The notes: a model not told the origin generated them from the sequence alone. DNA of 64,000 bases from Piromyces finnis finn (GCA_002104945.1 MCFH01000040.1:186001-250000), one strand, 5' to 3'. Shown: positions 14,689-30,414, counted from the first letter of the stretch. Translations and numbers: made by a program.

Positions 14689-15873
14689 TTAATTCCATGG
14701 TATCTTTTTATATTTGTCATTGTCAAGTGGAACACAACCACTCTTGGATGTTAATTCTACTGGACATTGAACACGTTCAAAAGTAACAGCTGGGTTATCA
14801 GCATTTTTGAACCAATCAAAACGCCAGTAACAACCATCTTGTAATTCTTTTGGTAAGTTAGAGCAGTCAGAACGGCTATTAATACCTCCTGAACGTTGAC
14901 CCCAACCATCGGCTGGTGAATTCCATTGCTTTTGGCATCCATTGAAAATACCAACACCTCCACCTGGTATTTGAATATCAAAGTGATTATCACTTAAATC
15001 AGTACCAGTATTTGTGATTTGTACAATCATTTGTTTTCCCTTAACTTCTTCCGAAGTAAATTGTAATCTATAACAACTACAGCACCAATCAGCTTGGCTA
15101 CCTTTGCTAAAGGAAGCAGCAGCAAAACCAAAGGCAATATCTTCATTAATTTCCCATGGTTGGTTATTATTACACATAAAACCTTTACCACCAGCACAGA
15201 CATTACCATAGGTATAATCAAAGTTTTTAATAAGAGTTTTACCATCAATTTCACAGGCATTAACTACAGGTCCACCGGTATTTTCCTTCCAAGCACAGGA
15301 AGCAAGACAACAATCCCAGTAACGAGTGGTTCTACCAGTTTCACCCTTTGTAACCTCAGGTAAACTTACAAATAAGCCATGGGTTGAATTAGCATCTGAA
15401 TCTAAAACACTAGTTTCTTTTTTTTCAGCAACAGTAGTGGTAGTAGTAATAGTAGTAGTAGTGGTGGCAGCAGCAGCAGATGTTACTGGAATTGGTCTTA
15501 TAGTAGTAATAGCTACAGATTCCTTACTAGTAGTAGAGATTGGTTCAATTGGTTCATTTTTTATGGAACTACTAATTGGTGTTTTACCCTCGGTAGTAAT
15601 GTCTTCTACTAAAGTAATTGGTTCATCATTAATAGCATCATTAGTAATTAATGTAGTTGGGATAGAAGAAGCGGTTATTCTTTTTTTTTTTTTTTAGAAA
15701 AAAATAAAATAAATGTTATTAAAATATATTAATAGTAATATATAAAAATTAACAAATAAAATTAAAAGAACATACTTTGGTTTTATAGCGCATTTAGTAA
15801 TTTTTTTTCCATCTACAACACCAATAGAAAGTAATGCAACCATAGATAAAATGCTTTTCGTGGTTATTTTCAT
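14689..15873 (-). CDS. Secreted GH45 endoglucanase (2 exons: 15776-15873, 14689-15679)
   Basis: Signal peptide MKITTKSILSMVALLSIGVVDG, Thr/Ser/Pro-rich linker, then TTRYWDCC, GFAAA, WCCSCY, VQITNTG, NHFD, PGGGVG and GCYWRFDWFKNADNP motifs. Both catalytic Asp residues are present. Confidence 0.95.
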
Positions 15874-18274
15874 TTTTTCTCCTTTTTTTTTTTTTAAAAA
15901 AAAAATAATAAACTATTTTATTATTATTTTACTTGAAAAAATTAATTTAGAGATAAAATAAAAAAGAAAAAAGTCCTCTTTATATCTTTATACCAAAAAA
16001 AAATTAATATAATATTTAGGTCAATGTGTAAATCTATTGAACAACTATACTGTAATTATTACACTCTAATCGAATAACTTTAATTCAATTAACTTAAATT
16101 AGAGAAATAATACAATATAATTAAAATTATAATACAATTATTGAATATGGAAAAACTATATATTAAATACAAAAACAATTTTATATATCGAATAAAACAT
16201 ACAGTAATCTATATTATTTTTCATAAAAAATGTATATGTAATTACAATATTCAATAAGAAGTATATTTAATTGTAAACTTAAAATGGGGTTAAATTATGA
16301 TGCATCTGTGATGAATATAATTTATTATGGGTATATAATAGAAATAATTAAGGAATTTTTTTTTTTTTTAATGTAAAAATATTATATCTAATCTAATATA
16401 TATAATAATAATTATATTTACAAAAAATAAATGGTTTTGTGGTGGTGTATATAAAAATATAATGAAAAAATCAGTATTATATGTAATTATTTTGCAATAT
16501 ACATATATATATATTCTAAATATGAATGAAACATAACAAAAGTACTATTACTGATATGTTATTTTATTAAATTATGCTATTTCAAGACATTAAAAAATCC
16601 GTAAAAAATTTTTTTTTATTTTATCGATAGTCTCAAAGTAACGAAGTATAAATATTATAATGCCTTTAACTTGTAAACTTCATTTATTTACTTACAAAAT
16701 TTACAAATAAAATGCTTTTAAATAATTTAAATAATATCTTTCTCATTTTTTTATTAATATTTTATTTAAAAATTAAACCTTTATTGTTTCTATTGTATTA
16801 TATTTTTATTAGAGTGAAAATTATAATTATTTGTTAAATATTTCTTAATAAAAGAAAAAAAAAAACATATGATTAGAAAAGTTTAAATCTTATTTGCTTT
16901 AATTTTTGCTATCATAAATCACAAGGCTAAAAAAAAATTTTTAGAGTTAGTCTTTTTTTATTTTTATTATAAAAATTAATAGTTAAAAAGGTTACTATTG
17001 AAGATTAAATAAATGAAATAAGAAATCTACTCTTTTTTATTTGCAAAATAATAAATAATTTTTTTTCTTTAATATTTAATTTATACCTTAAAAGAAAAAT
17101 CCCTATGGTTCTTATGGTCCCTAAGTTTAAAAGTCAAATGATTTGAGTTTTTTTTTTTTAATCAAATAAAAATATTATTAATTATAATAAAGAAATATGT
17201 AAATTGATTTGTATATAAAAATAATCTTCTTACTTTATTATTATATTAATTAAGCCATAATTTAAGTAATAAAAGTTAAAATTATCATTATTTTATTATT
17301 ATAAATAAATGGTGATACTATAACAAATGCTTTTAAAAATGCTTTAATTAAATATAAAACTAAATTATGGAATTAAATTAAGTATTAATTTTGGTTCGTG
17401 GATGGTACACTATTTTATATTATTTTATATATTATAAATATATTACAGAATAGACATAATATATTTATTAATTATATTCAGTACAATACATTTTAATTTA
17501 ATTTAAAATATAAAGTTTTTAAAAATAAAACTACAATTAAAACTTTAAATTCTAATAAAATTTAATCATATATTTATAGAGTAAGGAAATATGATTCTTA
17601 TTCCGTTCTACTACCTATTATACTTTTAGTAATCTATTTTTTTTTATTATTATTTATAATTAATGCATAATAAAAAAATAATATAGATATATAAATACTT
17701 TAATTATTTTCTGTATTTGAAATATGTGAGATAAATAAACTAAAATACTTTGACAATATATGCCAATGTATTCTATATACAAATTATTATTATTTCAAAT
17801 ATATTATATGTTTTATTAAGGTTTTAATATATTTTTTTTTAAACGAGTTTTTTTTTTCTTTTTCGATATTATAATTAGTTATTTATTAAAGTTAAATATT
17901 ATTTCAAAATTTAACAGTGATATAAAATTTTAGAAAAAGAATCTTTTTTTTTTTTTTTTATCCATAATATTCTTTTTCAAAAGAACGAAATATTAAACTG
18001 TTTTAATAGTGAATTCAAGAAAAAAAAAATTCAATTAATTTCTATATATAAAAAAAAGGATAAATAAAAGAAATTCAATTTATTCCTTTAGATATTAATA
18101 ATAGAAAATTATTTCTCCACTATAGTTATCAAATATTGAATTATACCTTTACTTTTAATATTAAACGCAGATTTATAATATTTTCTCTTAATACCGCTAT
18201 AATTATATTAATCTTATTATTGTTATGATATATAAAATAATTTTTTAAAAAAACATAAATACTATTATTTTTTA

Positions 18275-18310
<36 letters not shown>

Positions 18311-19512
18311 TATACAATCTACTCTTAAATCCTTCAAACGGATACTGAAAAAACATTTAATATTCATTATTAATAAAAAAATATGACTAAAATAGGAAAA
18401 AAATTAAAAATACTAAATAATAAATACAATTTAAGACAATAACATACTATTTTAGTTTAAAACTATATTTATTTATATTCTATATTATCTAATATATATA
18501 TATATATATTTTTTTTTTAAACCCTAATATTACACATTAATATTAAATAATTAATTAGAACCCTTCTTTTTTGTAAAAAAAATAATTATTCATTTTAATC
18601 AATCCATTAATTGCAATTAAAAATATATAAAATATTAAGAATTGTCATATCATATCTTTAAATCTGTTACAGCAAAAGTTTCATATTACCAAAAAAAAAA
18701 AAAAAAAAAAAAAAGAATTAACATTATATAGTAATAACTAAAGTTATTTAATAAGCATCAAAAATAATATTTTTTTTAAAAAATATACACAATTGAATAT
18801 ATATATATATACATAAAGTGCAAGATATATCTTTTATAAAAAAAGAAAGAGAAAGAAAATAATATTTTATATTTTTAATTAAAAATAAAAGCAATAAATA
18901 TATTAAAATATACCCAGCTTTTTATATATATTAATTATATAAAAATTTTTTTTTTTTACTTATAACAAAAAAACCTCATAAAGCAAAACAGTATTAATGA
19001 ATGAATAAGAAAGGAAAGATAATAAAATATATTAGTTCATAGATATATTAATTTCTTTTTTTTTTTTTTTTTTTATTTTTTTTTTTTATTTTTTATTTTT
19101 ATTATTTTTTTTATTTTAACATCTATATTCTTTATTCTTTTTTATTTTCATTTTATTATTTTATATACATTTTCTTTTTTTTTCTTTTCTTTATCTTTTT
19201 TTTATACCTTAATAAAAAAAAGTGTTGTTAGTTAATTCTCAATATATAATTACAACATTTCATTTAAATGAGCATTAATTAATACAAAAAAATAATTAAC
19301 AATATTAATAGTTAAAAGAATTATACTATTCTAGTAAAAGTAGTGTTCGTTGAATATAGAACTATTTAAATAATTTATAGAAAATAATATAGATCAGAAG
19401 CATATTTCAATTTTTAAGTAGCCATAAATATTAATAAAAAAAACCAATTCCATATATATATAATATATATAAAAAGGAAAAATAGCTAATAGTATCTATT
19501 TTTCAAATAAAA

Positions 19513-22500
19513 ATGAAAATTAATTTAAATATTAAAAAAAAACAAAAGACATTTAAAAAATCAATAACAAAAAATTCAGTTTATTATAATAATTTAAATA
19601 CTAACTTATACTATAATAATAATAACAACCTAAAGTTTCAATCTCACCTACCAAATAATCTTAATACCTCTAAATCACTTGTATATTCTAATAAAAAATG
19701 GTCAAGATGTAATTTTAATAATTTAAAATTTCTGAAAAAAGGTTGTATCGATAATAAAAGGGATACCAATTCGTTTTTGAATCACTTAGCCATGATAGAA
19801 AGGCAAATTAAACAAAAAACTATGGTAAAATCTGAGTTTGGTTTTTTAAAAAAAAATATTTGCCAAAGCGAGGAAAAGTGTTTTCCAGAAAATTTAATAA
19901 AGAACAATTTAAATGGCGGGTTACAGAAGGATTTTCAAGGATATGAAAAGAACGGAAATGATGAGCAAGAGAAAGAAAATTTAGAAATGGAAAAAGAAAA
20001 AAAATTAAAAGACGAAGAACATCGAAAGGAAAAAATTAAAGAAGAAAATATAAAAAAATTAAAACAATGCTATAACAATACACCATATCCAATGCTTTTA
20101 AATGAAAATGATGAAAATGGATTTTATGATAATACTTTTATGAATAGTTCTAACCTTAATCCTAACCATGATGGTAAGCGTAATAACTATCATAATGAAA
20201 ATGAAAATAATTATAATAATTTATTGCATAATATTAAGTCAACTGTAAATAAGGATATTTCATTTAATTCATATGGTAAATATAAAATATATTAGATATT
20301 TAATTATTAATTAATAATTTTAAAAGATAGATATAAACAATATATTAAAAATGAACATTTCATCTATATATCCTGTTTTTTTTAATAATAACTTTTATTG
20401 TTTCATGTTTCCTTTTTTTTTTTTTTTTGGATAAATTTTTATTTCAACAATAATACCAATATAAATTACAGTCAATCAAATTCCAAATGAAGTATTAATA
20501 AAAGTTTTCAATAATTCAATGTTTAGTCAAAATGATTATTATAAATTTTGTTTAGTATGTAAATCATGGAATCAAGCAGCAACCATTGTATTATGGAATA
20601 AACCTTATATTTATTCATTTTCTCAACTTATTAAATTTAACAAATGTCTTATTTATAATGAAAAAATATTAAAAAAAATTAAAGAATTGTCAGAGACAAA
20701 GACTGAGCCAATTATACATATTAATCATAATTTATCCGGACTTGTTAATAAATTAGACCTAACAAGAGTACGATTAGAAAGACCTATTAGTACACATCAA
20801 AGAACAGAGTTATACAAAGCATTAAATATTTTAGGAGACAAATTAATGCCATATCTTAACTCTCTTTTTGTTTGTAGAGAACAATGTAATTCCTATTTAT
20901 TTTTGGAGAGCTCTATCGTTGAAGCTAATGAAGATATTAATAACAATAACAATAATTATAATCAAATACAAATACAAAGTGTAAATAATATGAGAAATGA
21001 AAATGATTTTTATTTTAAAGAAATAACATTTCCATCAGTTCAAAATTTGAGATTTATTGATTTAAACTATAAAAGTTTAACTTATCTTTTTAAAAATTTA
21101 AAGAAATTTAATAATATCGAGACACTTTACATAAGTATAGCTCTATTTCAAAGCTGGAAAGAATGGAATAGTAATAACCGTTTAAATAATTATTTAATAT
21201 TTCAAAAAGTTATTGATAATATACATTCACCATCACTAAAAAAGATAAAATTCCAAAATTGTTGTGATTTAAATGATGAAGCTTGCTTTAATTTATTTAG
21301 TAAATGCAGTGATATATCAGAATTAGAAATTTTAGGTTCATCAAATGTTTCTATCGATGTTATTTATTATTCGATTAAAATGTTAAAGAATCTAAAGATT
21401 TTATCTTATACAGCTACTTCTACACCTCAATTTAAATTGACCGAAGATAGTGGCGACAATGGAAATATTGACAGAGAAATAAATGAAGAAAATAGAAAAG
21501 AAAAGAATATAAAAGAAGGTTTGTTTTTAATCCAACTACTTTTTTTTTTTATAAAATAATTAAAATATTTTATTATATCTGTACCTTTAATTTAAATTAT
21601 AAATTAATTTATATTTAATAAAAATTAAAAAGGACCTATGATGATTGATTTGTCTAACGAATCAAAAGCATCTCAAATACAAATTATAGATATAAATTCA
21701 TCGGGATGGTCACCGTATTTAAATTGGATGTTCAACAATCAATCTTGTCAATCATTGAAAAAATTAATATTAATTATTCAAACAGAGGATGAAAGAGACA
21801 CAATTTATAAAGCAGTATCATCTTGTTCTTCACTAGAAGAATTAATCATTACTTATAGACATGAATCTAATAATGAAAATGGTGGAGATAATTTATTAAT
21901 TAATGAGCAATTAACTATTGATCTAGATAAATTATTTTTAGTTGAGACAGAGGAGTATCAATCAAATATTAATTTTTTGCATATTTCTGGATTTGAAATT
22001 GAAAAGAGTAAAAGGTTAACAAAACATATTGAAAGCATGAGAAAAGAAGTTAAAAATAAAGATAATTATAAAGAATGTAAAGAGAAATCTAAATATTTAA
22101 AATTTGATAAATTAAAATATCTTCATTTATACCTCCCATCTTCCAAATGTCCAATAGAATATATTTTATATCAATTTCCTGGATTGGAGGAATTTGTTTT
22201 AAATCTAAGTGAACCAGTGGAAGAAGAAATAATAGAAAATGAAATTATTCAAAATAATGCTGAAAATCAAAACAATCAAAATCAAGCTAATAATGAAGAT
22301 GACAGTACTAATAATTCAACGTTAAATATTGATGAAACCTTAAACTCTAAACCTATGATAGAGGTAGATAAATTTGAATCAAAAGTAAAGCGACTTTCTA
22401 TTCGTTCTTCTTCATTTGGTGATGGATTCTCAGACAAACAAATTTCATCAATAATAAAAAAATGTTCATCTATTACAAACTTAGAATTAGATTGTAAATC

Positions 22501-22846
22501 ATTAACAGAAGGTTGTTTATGCCAATGTGTGGAGTTCTTAAAAGGAAATTTAATATCATTAAGATTAGAAAGAGTTAATCGTTCTACAATTACTGATAGA
22601 TTTTTAGATTGTCTTTGTCAATATAATCCTTTAATCCAACAATTAGAGATTTTTGCCGAACATGGAAAATTAGATGTAACTAATAATGGAACAAATAATA
22701 TCATTGAAAAGTGTAAAAATTTAAAATATTTTAGTTTGGGACTGGAAGGATTTAATCCAATTGTACCGTATTACTTAGAACAATCATCAAATTATAGATC
22801 TTATTTTAGAAACTTAAACTATAAATCAAAAAAGAAGTACATATAA
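19513..22846 (+). CDS. F-box/leucine-rich-repeat (RNI-like) protein, about 3 exons
   Basis: Exon 2 begins with F-box NQIPNEVLIKVFNNSMFSQNDYYKFCLVCKSWNQAATIVLW, followed by cysteine-containing LRRs (LKKIKFQNCCDLND, ITNLELDCKSLTE). Confidence 0.75.
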
Positions 22847-23286
22847 TTTTTTATTTTATAAAAATTTTGTATTTACTTTTTTTTTTGAATATATACTATA
22901 CTCTAATAATTTTAACCTTTAAACAATAGAAATTATATTTTTTTAACAAAAAGAAATATAGAATTTCTATATTATATTAAAAAATGAAACAATATATATT
23001 TGTTCTTTTTTTTTTTTTATCAAAATATATTAAATAATAATAAAAAAAGAATTATAAATATATAATAAAAAAAGTAATTATTTTTAAAATTATTTTAATA
23101 TTTTTTATTCAGTCTATTATTTGTATCTATATGTAATAAAGATTAACTATTGTAATTGAAATTAAATATTTTTTTTTAATTATTTAATATTATTTTAAGT
23201 AAGAAACATTATTTATATAGGTGTGTTTTTTTTAATTAAATTTTATTATCATATGTATTATGTTTAAAACCAATCTTTAAAGTGAA

Positions 23287-26200
23287 TCAATTATCATTAA
23301 TATTACCAAAATCACTATTATTTTTAACGAAATCGTAGCCATTTTCTCTTAATTCTGCATTAGAAGCTAATGCATCAGGTTCATGGGGTATAAATGGATT
23401 ACGATTATTTAGAATCTGATTAATTTGTTCAAGCTTAGGATTATTTGGTAGAAAATTATTATCCTTTTATTAAATATAATTATGAAATATATAAGATATA
23501 TTAATATTAAAGATAACTGAAATTAAAAATAGATTATATAAATAAATAAATAAATATATATATATAAATAACTAATTACACTTAAATCTAATTTTATTAA
23601 ACCAGGAAGATCATCAGGTATACTCAATAACGTTGTTTCTTGTTCCATAAGTGAATTATAGAAATAATTAAGTGATTTTTCTGTTAATTCATTTTTGGAT
23701 AAATTCAAAATATTGATTGTCCTATTTCCCAAAATATAACCTTGACCATTTATTTCAACCATATGCTCTGTATTAAGAACAGATGAATCACCCTATTATA
23801 TAAAGAAAAAAGAAAAATTGTTATTATATCTAAAAAAACATATTTTTAATATAAAAATAATTTTACATCTTCTGAACTATCTTTTAAATCATCTGATTTG
23901 CCTTTTTTGGATGATAGTTTTGAATTAACAGCACCTTTTTTAGTGTCACCTTTTTTATTTTTATCATCTTGACTTGCCTTTTTATCTTTAATATTAATTC
24001 CTCCTTTATCTTCAGGTGTTTTTTTAGTTTTATCATCTTTTTTTGTAACTTTTGTAACCTTTTTTTTCATATCACTTTGTGATGCATCTTTTTGACGTAT
24101 ATCTCTAAAAAAAAAGTATAATAATTAAGAATATATAAGTATTTTTTTTAAACTTTTAATTAAATTATTACTTTTTTTTTATATTATTTTTTTTATAATA
24201 TAAATTACTTGTTTGATGAAGGGGTTTTTGCTTGATGACTTGTTGGTGGTTTTCCTTTTCCGCCTTTCCTTAAACCTAGATCCTGTATTTGTTTATTGGA
24301 ATATTATATTAATAATTATTAGTATTTGATTATTTTTTTATTATAGTACCATATTAATCTCTTAATTAAAATTTAATTACTTCTTCGGGTTCTTTTTTTA
24401 GTTTTTCTTGTTCAATTTGGTTTTTTTTTCTAGCAAGTTGTTCTTCCCTTGGCAATAAAATATTTGAAAATACCTTTTTTTTTTTATCATGTAAATTATT
24501 AATATAATATATTATGATTAATAACTGATATAATAAATAACACATTATATTTATAATTAAATTATTGATAATGAATAAATAGTTACTTTTGCAAGAGCCA
24601 TAGCTCCTTCATCTTTAATTATATTTCTACTTAATGAAATACCAACTAAACTTTGATTTACTTTTAAACCCTTTTTTTTATAAATAATTAATATAAGATT
24701 CATTATATTGTAATTATTATATTTTTTCATATATATATATTTTTAAATTTATAATCAAATGAACACTATCTATCTATAACATACTTCTGCAAGTGCTTCC
24801 GCACCTTCTTTTCCAATTTTATTATTCCATAAATTAAGTAGAGCTAGATTTTTATTATGTTTAAGAGATTCACTTAATGCAATAGCACCTTTATTTGTAA
24901 TGTTATTACTTCTTAACGATAGATATTTAATGGGTGAATCGCGTGTAATAAGTTGAGAATATAATTCATCGGAAGAATAAAGTGGGTTCTGATCAAGTGT
25001 TAATGTCTTTATTTGCGATTCTGGGGTAATAATATTAATTAATTCTAGTATTAATTCGGGTGTTATTCCACAATTCCATAATCTACATAATATATAAATG
25101 GAATTTCAATTATGAATCATGATTTATTATTATTAGATGGGATAATTAATAATAATTGTATTATTTATTTTCAACAATTATATTATATTATGATACAAAT
25201 ATATATAATATATATAATATAGTTTAAATTTTTATTTCTAATCAATCTATATAGATTTCCAAATAATATTATTAATAATGTTTATTAATTATTTACGTTA
25301 TATCAGTAATGGTAGAACATGAATTAATACTAATTGTTAATGCTTTCATTATATTATAATTCAATTTCCAACCTCTCACTTTAATTCTTGCCACTTTTTC
25401 ATGTTCTTCTTCAGCAGCAACTCCGGCTGCTGATGTATTTGTTGATGATGTAGTTATAACTGGTGTTTTCACAACCTCCATATTTATAGTTGGTGTATAT
25501 CTATAATATGTATTTCCATTTTCATCAGCATTATAATACATACTATTATTTTGGTATATACTAGAATTTGTAAACATGCCAGTATTATTATCATTAATAA
25601 GTATACTATTACTATTAAGAATATTAAATACATTATTGTCATTATTATTGAAATGCATTCCACTTCTAGTACTGTTTTCACGTTGTTCCTGTCTACTACC
25701 TTCAGGTCTTATTTTTTCAGGAGGTGTTGCTTGAAATGAATAATAATTATTTCCATTCCCATTATCTATCATATCTAATTTATCATTAATTGAATTATTT
25801 TTATCCCCCTTCTTATTTGAAAATGGATCCATATTACGTCTAAAAAAACTGTTTGCATCATTTATATCGTCATCTAACGATTTATAAAATATGTTATAAT
25901 GAAATGAAATATTAATATAAAAAATTTTTAAATATTTATATAAATGAATTTTAATATAGTGTCATAATTTTATATAAAATATGAAATATTTTGTAGGCTA
26001 AAGTTATATTATCTCCATTTACCTTTTATTAAAATTGAACTTTTAGAGGAATTATCGGGTTTACTAAATTTATTAGAGAATTTTCTTTGATCACTATGTT
26101 GAGATTGTGGAATAGGAAATATTAATGGGAATTTCTTTGTATTTACTTCTGTATTTTTTTTAATTAACCAAGGTTTTGTTTTTGATAATTGACATAAATT

Positions 26201-26440
26201 TTTAAAATCAACTTCAAAATTCGAAACTGGTTTATAATCTATTAATTAATTGTATTTAAAATCAATTTGATAAATATATAGTAGAGGCAAAATATTTCTA
26301 ATTCATATTATTCCACATAATATAATAATTATTTATAGTTTTAAAATAAAATATTATAATAATTTTTATTAAATACCACTAAAATCCGTTAAATCATCTT
26401 TGTTGGATTTTTTAGTATCTTCCTCTGGAATTGAAGGCAT
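23287..26440 (-). CDS. LRRC71-like leucine-rich repeat protein (multi-exon)
   Basis: Spliced segments RIKVRGWKL...LWNCGITPE, IKYLSLRSNNITNKGAIALSESL, LNLWNNKIGKEGAEALAEGLKVNQSL, a Lys-rich linker and GNRTINILNLSKNELTEKSL follow the order I recall for LRRC71. Confidence 0.65.
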
Positions 26441-27080
26441 AATAATATTCTTAAATAATTAAATAAAATATCTAGATGCAATATTTTTTTACAAACAATA
26501 ACTTTTTCTTATATTGTTTATTTTGTGGAAAATGTCATATATATATTATTTAAAAAGTAGTGTTAAACATTTAAATTTAAAAATAGTCTTATTTTTAATA
26601 ACTGTTTTAATAACTATTTTTATTTTTATGTCTCTTTTTTTTTTAAAAAAAAAAAATGAATCAAATCATATGAATGAAAGTAAGAATTTTATTTAAATTA
26701 TTATAAATTTTAAAAATTAATTAACTCCGATACTGGAAAAAAAAACCTTAAAAGAAATCAAATCGAGTAAAAAGAAACATTTAATTATTATATAATTTAA
26801 TAATTTTAATTAATAAAATTTATTATTTCAATGTAGATTTTTATTTATATAATAAATAATTAATAGTTATTACCAAATGTAATACGATGAAAAAGTAAAA
26901 ATATATTTAATTATTATTATAAACCCACAAATATTATTAGGGAAAATAAATAAATAAGAAAAAATAAAAGTAAAAAAATAAAAATTTGTATATAAATCAG
27001 AGAAGAAATCGGTTATAAAACATTACATATATTATAATATACCATATCAAGTAAAATATACCCATGAAAAGAAAAATAAA

Positions 27081-28787
27081 ATGAAAAAAGAAACATATAT
27101 TTTAGAAAACTCTTTTACTATACCTTTAAATTCGGAGGTTCAATTTGAATATTATTCAAATATTGACTATTTAATAACATATGATGAAATTTATTTATGT
27201 ACATCAACTCGAAAAGGAATTAACACAACTTCTGTTGCTTTACCTTTTAATTCAAAAAATATTAATGAAAAATGTAAAAATGAGGTGAAAATAATAGATA
27301 ATATGATTAGATATAAATTTATTAGAATAATGAACGATGATATCTTAAATAAACAGCAAGCTAATATTTCTAATGATAATATGGATTTTCAAACTAAATC
27401 AAAATCTCTTGAGAATAATTTTATAGAAAAAAATTATTTGCTAGTTTTTGGTCGAGCAATCAGTTTATACAATCCTAAAAATTTGGAATTTATGCATCAA
27501 TGTCAACCTCAATTATCAAACCAACAATGTAATATAAACTATTATAAATTATAATTATGTTCTATAATAAATAAATAATTATATGTTTATATATATTATT
27601 TATTATTCCTGATTATTATAGCTATGTTACCATTACTATATACAGCAGCAGCATCATATAAATGTTTTATTGTTATTGGTATTTATAACTTTATAAATAA
27701 ACATTAACTATGATAAAATTAAAATTTTAAATATTATTAAATAAAAAAATTTTGTATAGGATCGAACGCAGGGCATGTACTTTTAGGACAGATAAAAAAT
27801 GATAAAATAGAAATATTACAGATTACAAATCAGACATATTTTCCTATAACTGATATTGATATTAATGATAATGGTATAATTGCTGTAGCTTTTGATGAAG
27901 GGGAAATAGATACATATAAAATTAAAGATGGGATATTAGTACCATTATCATCTCATTCAGATGAGTAAGTTACTTTCGAATAAAAACTATTCATTTTTAA
28001 TTACATAATTATATATTAATATAAATTTATATTATGATAAATAATTAAAATATCATTATCATATAAAGTAATAATGAAATAATTACACAAATTCAGATTG
28101 GCGATTATATATTGGCTAGTTATGAATCCGGTCAGATTCGACTTTTTTCATATAATGAAAAAGATATATTTCTAAAGTGTGAGATGGATTTAGGTTATTC
28201 TGAAATCAAAGGAATGGATTATTGGAATAGTCAAAATATAGTAAATATAATAAAAACACTTTATTATATTTCTTGTCTAATAATTATAGCTAAATAAAAA
28301 TATTATCTATGATTGATTTATTTATAAATATTAATAAAAGTTTACAGTGATTGTTGATGATTTTATTGGAGTTTGGGAAATTAAGAAAGATGATAAAATA
28401 AAATCAGAATTTAATCAGAAAATGAGAACTACGACAGATTTGTATAAATATACCATAAGCGATAATAGTTCTGAAAGCAATAAACCTAACAATTATGATA
28501 ATATAATTGATACAAATTCAGGTACAAATACTAGTTTACATAAAAGTGACAAGTCGAAAGATGCTATCTCTTTAAATGATTATAATGAAGAGTTATATTC
28601 ATTAAATATAGAAATGCAATGGTCATATCAATGTAAAAGTAAATATTTAAGTGGTATAAAATTCTTAAAACATTTAAATAGTGAGGCATTTAACACAGAT
28701 GTTAAACATAATTATAAATATATTGCAGTTGTTGCTTATGATTATTCAGAAATAAATATATATTCAATAACATTAACTTCTAATTAA
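27081..28787 (+). CDS. WD40 beta-propeller protein, WDR54-like (5 exons)
   Basis: Motifs FIVIGSNAGHVLL, FPITDID, YILASYESGQIRLF, DDFIGVWEI, LSGIKF and IAVVAYDYSEINIY are collinear with recalled WDR54 motifs (FICVGTWSGRVLV, MPITDIA, AAGYGNGQVHLY, DTFVHIWKL, LCGARF, FAVTGYDLAEI). Confidence 0.6.
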
Positions 28788-29180
28788 TATTTAAATTATA
28801 ATTCATAATATTTATTCAATTTTAATATCTATCATCATTTTCTTAATAACAGTAATATAATATATATATATATATTTCAAAGTAATAATGTTTAATAATT
28901 TTATGAAAAAAAAATAAAAATAAAAAAAAATTATTATTTACATATTGTACTTTATTATATTTTATTAAAAACAAAATGTTTTATAATAATAAAAAATAAT
29001 TAAATAATTATATATATATTTCATTTTTTTAAGTATATTTCTTCTCAAAAAAAAAAATAAAAATAAAAAAAAAAAAAAACCGTTTATATATATAATTATA
29101 AAATGATTTATATATTTTATTATTGTTTATATTATAAAAAATAAAAAAGAAGATTATTCGTTATTTTAAATTTATTCTTT

Positions 29181-29663
29181 TTAACGTCTAGTAACCATAC
29201 TTCTAGAACCAGAATTTTGAGAAACCTTTCGCATAACAATTTCATTACTAATTTCATTTAATGAAGAAATCATGAAATCAACATGGAAGTTTGAGTACAT
29301 TTCATTAATTTTACCCTTATGAACACTAATCTTTGCCTTTTTCATAACAGAAACCTTAGAACCAAGCCAGTAAATAAAAACAAACTTTACAGTATTAATA
29401 TTTTCGTAGACATCAATAACACGAATTAAAGCATAACAAACTTTTTCTGGAGCAAAATGAGTCTTCATTTCATTACAGTCACCAGTACCACTGGCAAGAA
29501 GTTCAATTGGCTTAGAAATATCATCATCCTTGTATGAACCAATAACCCATGTAGTTGGATCATTATCATTTCTAACTTTACAGATTCCCTAGAAAGTATG
29601 TATTCAAAGCATTTTTAATTACTAAATATTTAACATATTCATATTTATTAAATAGTTTTTTTC

Positions 29664-29694
<31 letters not shown>

Positions 29695-30361
29695 AAAGAA
29701 AATATATAATAAAATATATAAACTTACATCAATTATACTTTGATCAAATTTAACTTCATCAGACTTGGACATCATTGGTCTAGTTAAAGAAGGATTATTG
29801 AAAGATGTTTGTTTTTTAATTTGTTTTCTTTCTGGTGGTGGTGTGAACTTTTTGGTCATGTTTGCTACATTGTTACTTGATTCTGTGGTGTTATTTTCGG
29901 TTGAAGCTGGTGAAGGAGAAGATGGAGCTGAAGTAGAAGAAGCTGATACATATGATGGAACAGCTGAAACTGGTGTAGTTGTATTACTAACAGTTGCTCT
30001 AAATTCTGGAACAGCATCGATATTTTCTATAATAATATATAAATTAATTATGTATTAAAAATTTATAATAAATATAAAAAATAATAATAAATATGTTTTA
30101 TAACAATGAAATATTGTTATTATTATTATTATTGTTGTTGTTGTTGTTGTTGTTTATTATGCATACCATTATCAGCATTTTTTTCAACAATAGCAACACC
30201 AGCTGCATCTTTAAGCTTTTTATCAATAATATCAATATTTAATTCATTTGGATTAGAAATTTCAAAATCAATATGATATGGTTCAAAGTAATGAATTGCA
30301 TCTTGTTTAAGTTATAAAACATATATTATAGCATATATGAAAATTAATTATAAAATATAAA

Positions 30362-30414
<53 letters not shown>

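Noticed and set aside
26869-26883. RFX X-box in the LRRC71/WDR54 intergenic region
   Set aside because: ATTAC-N5-GTAAT does not fit the X-box consensus and is expected by chance in AT-rich DNA.
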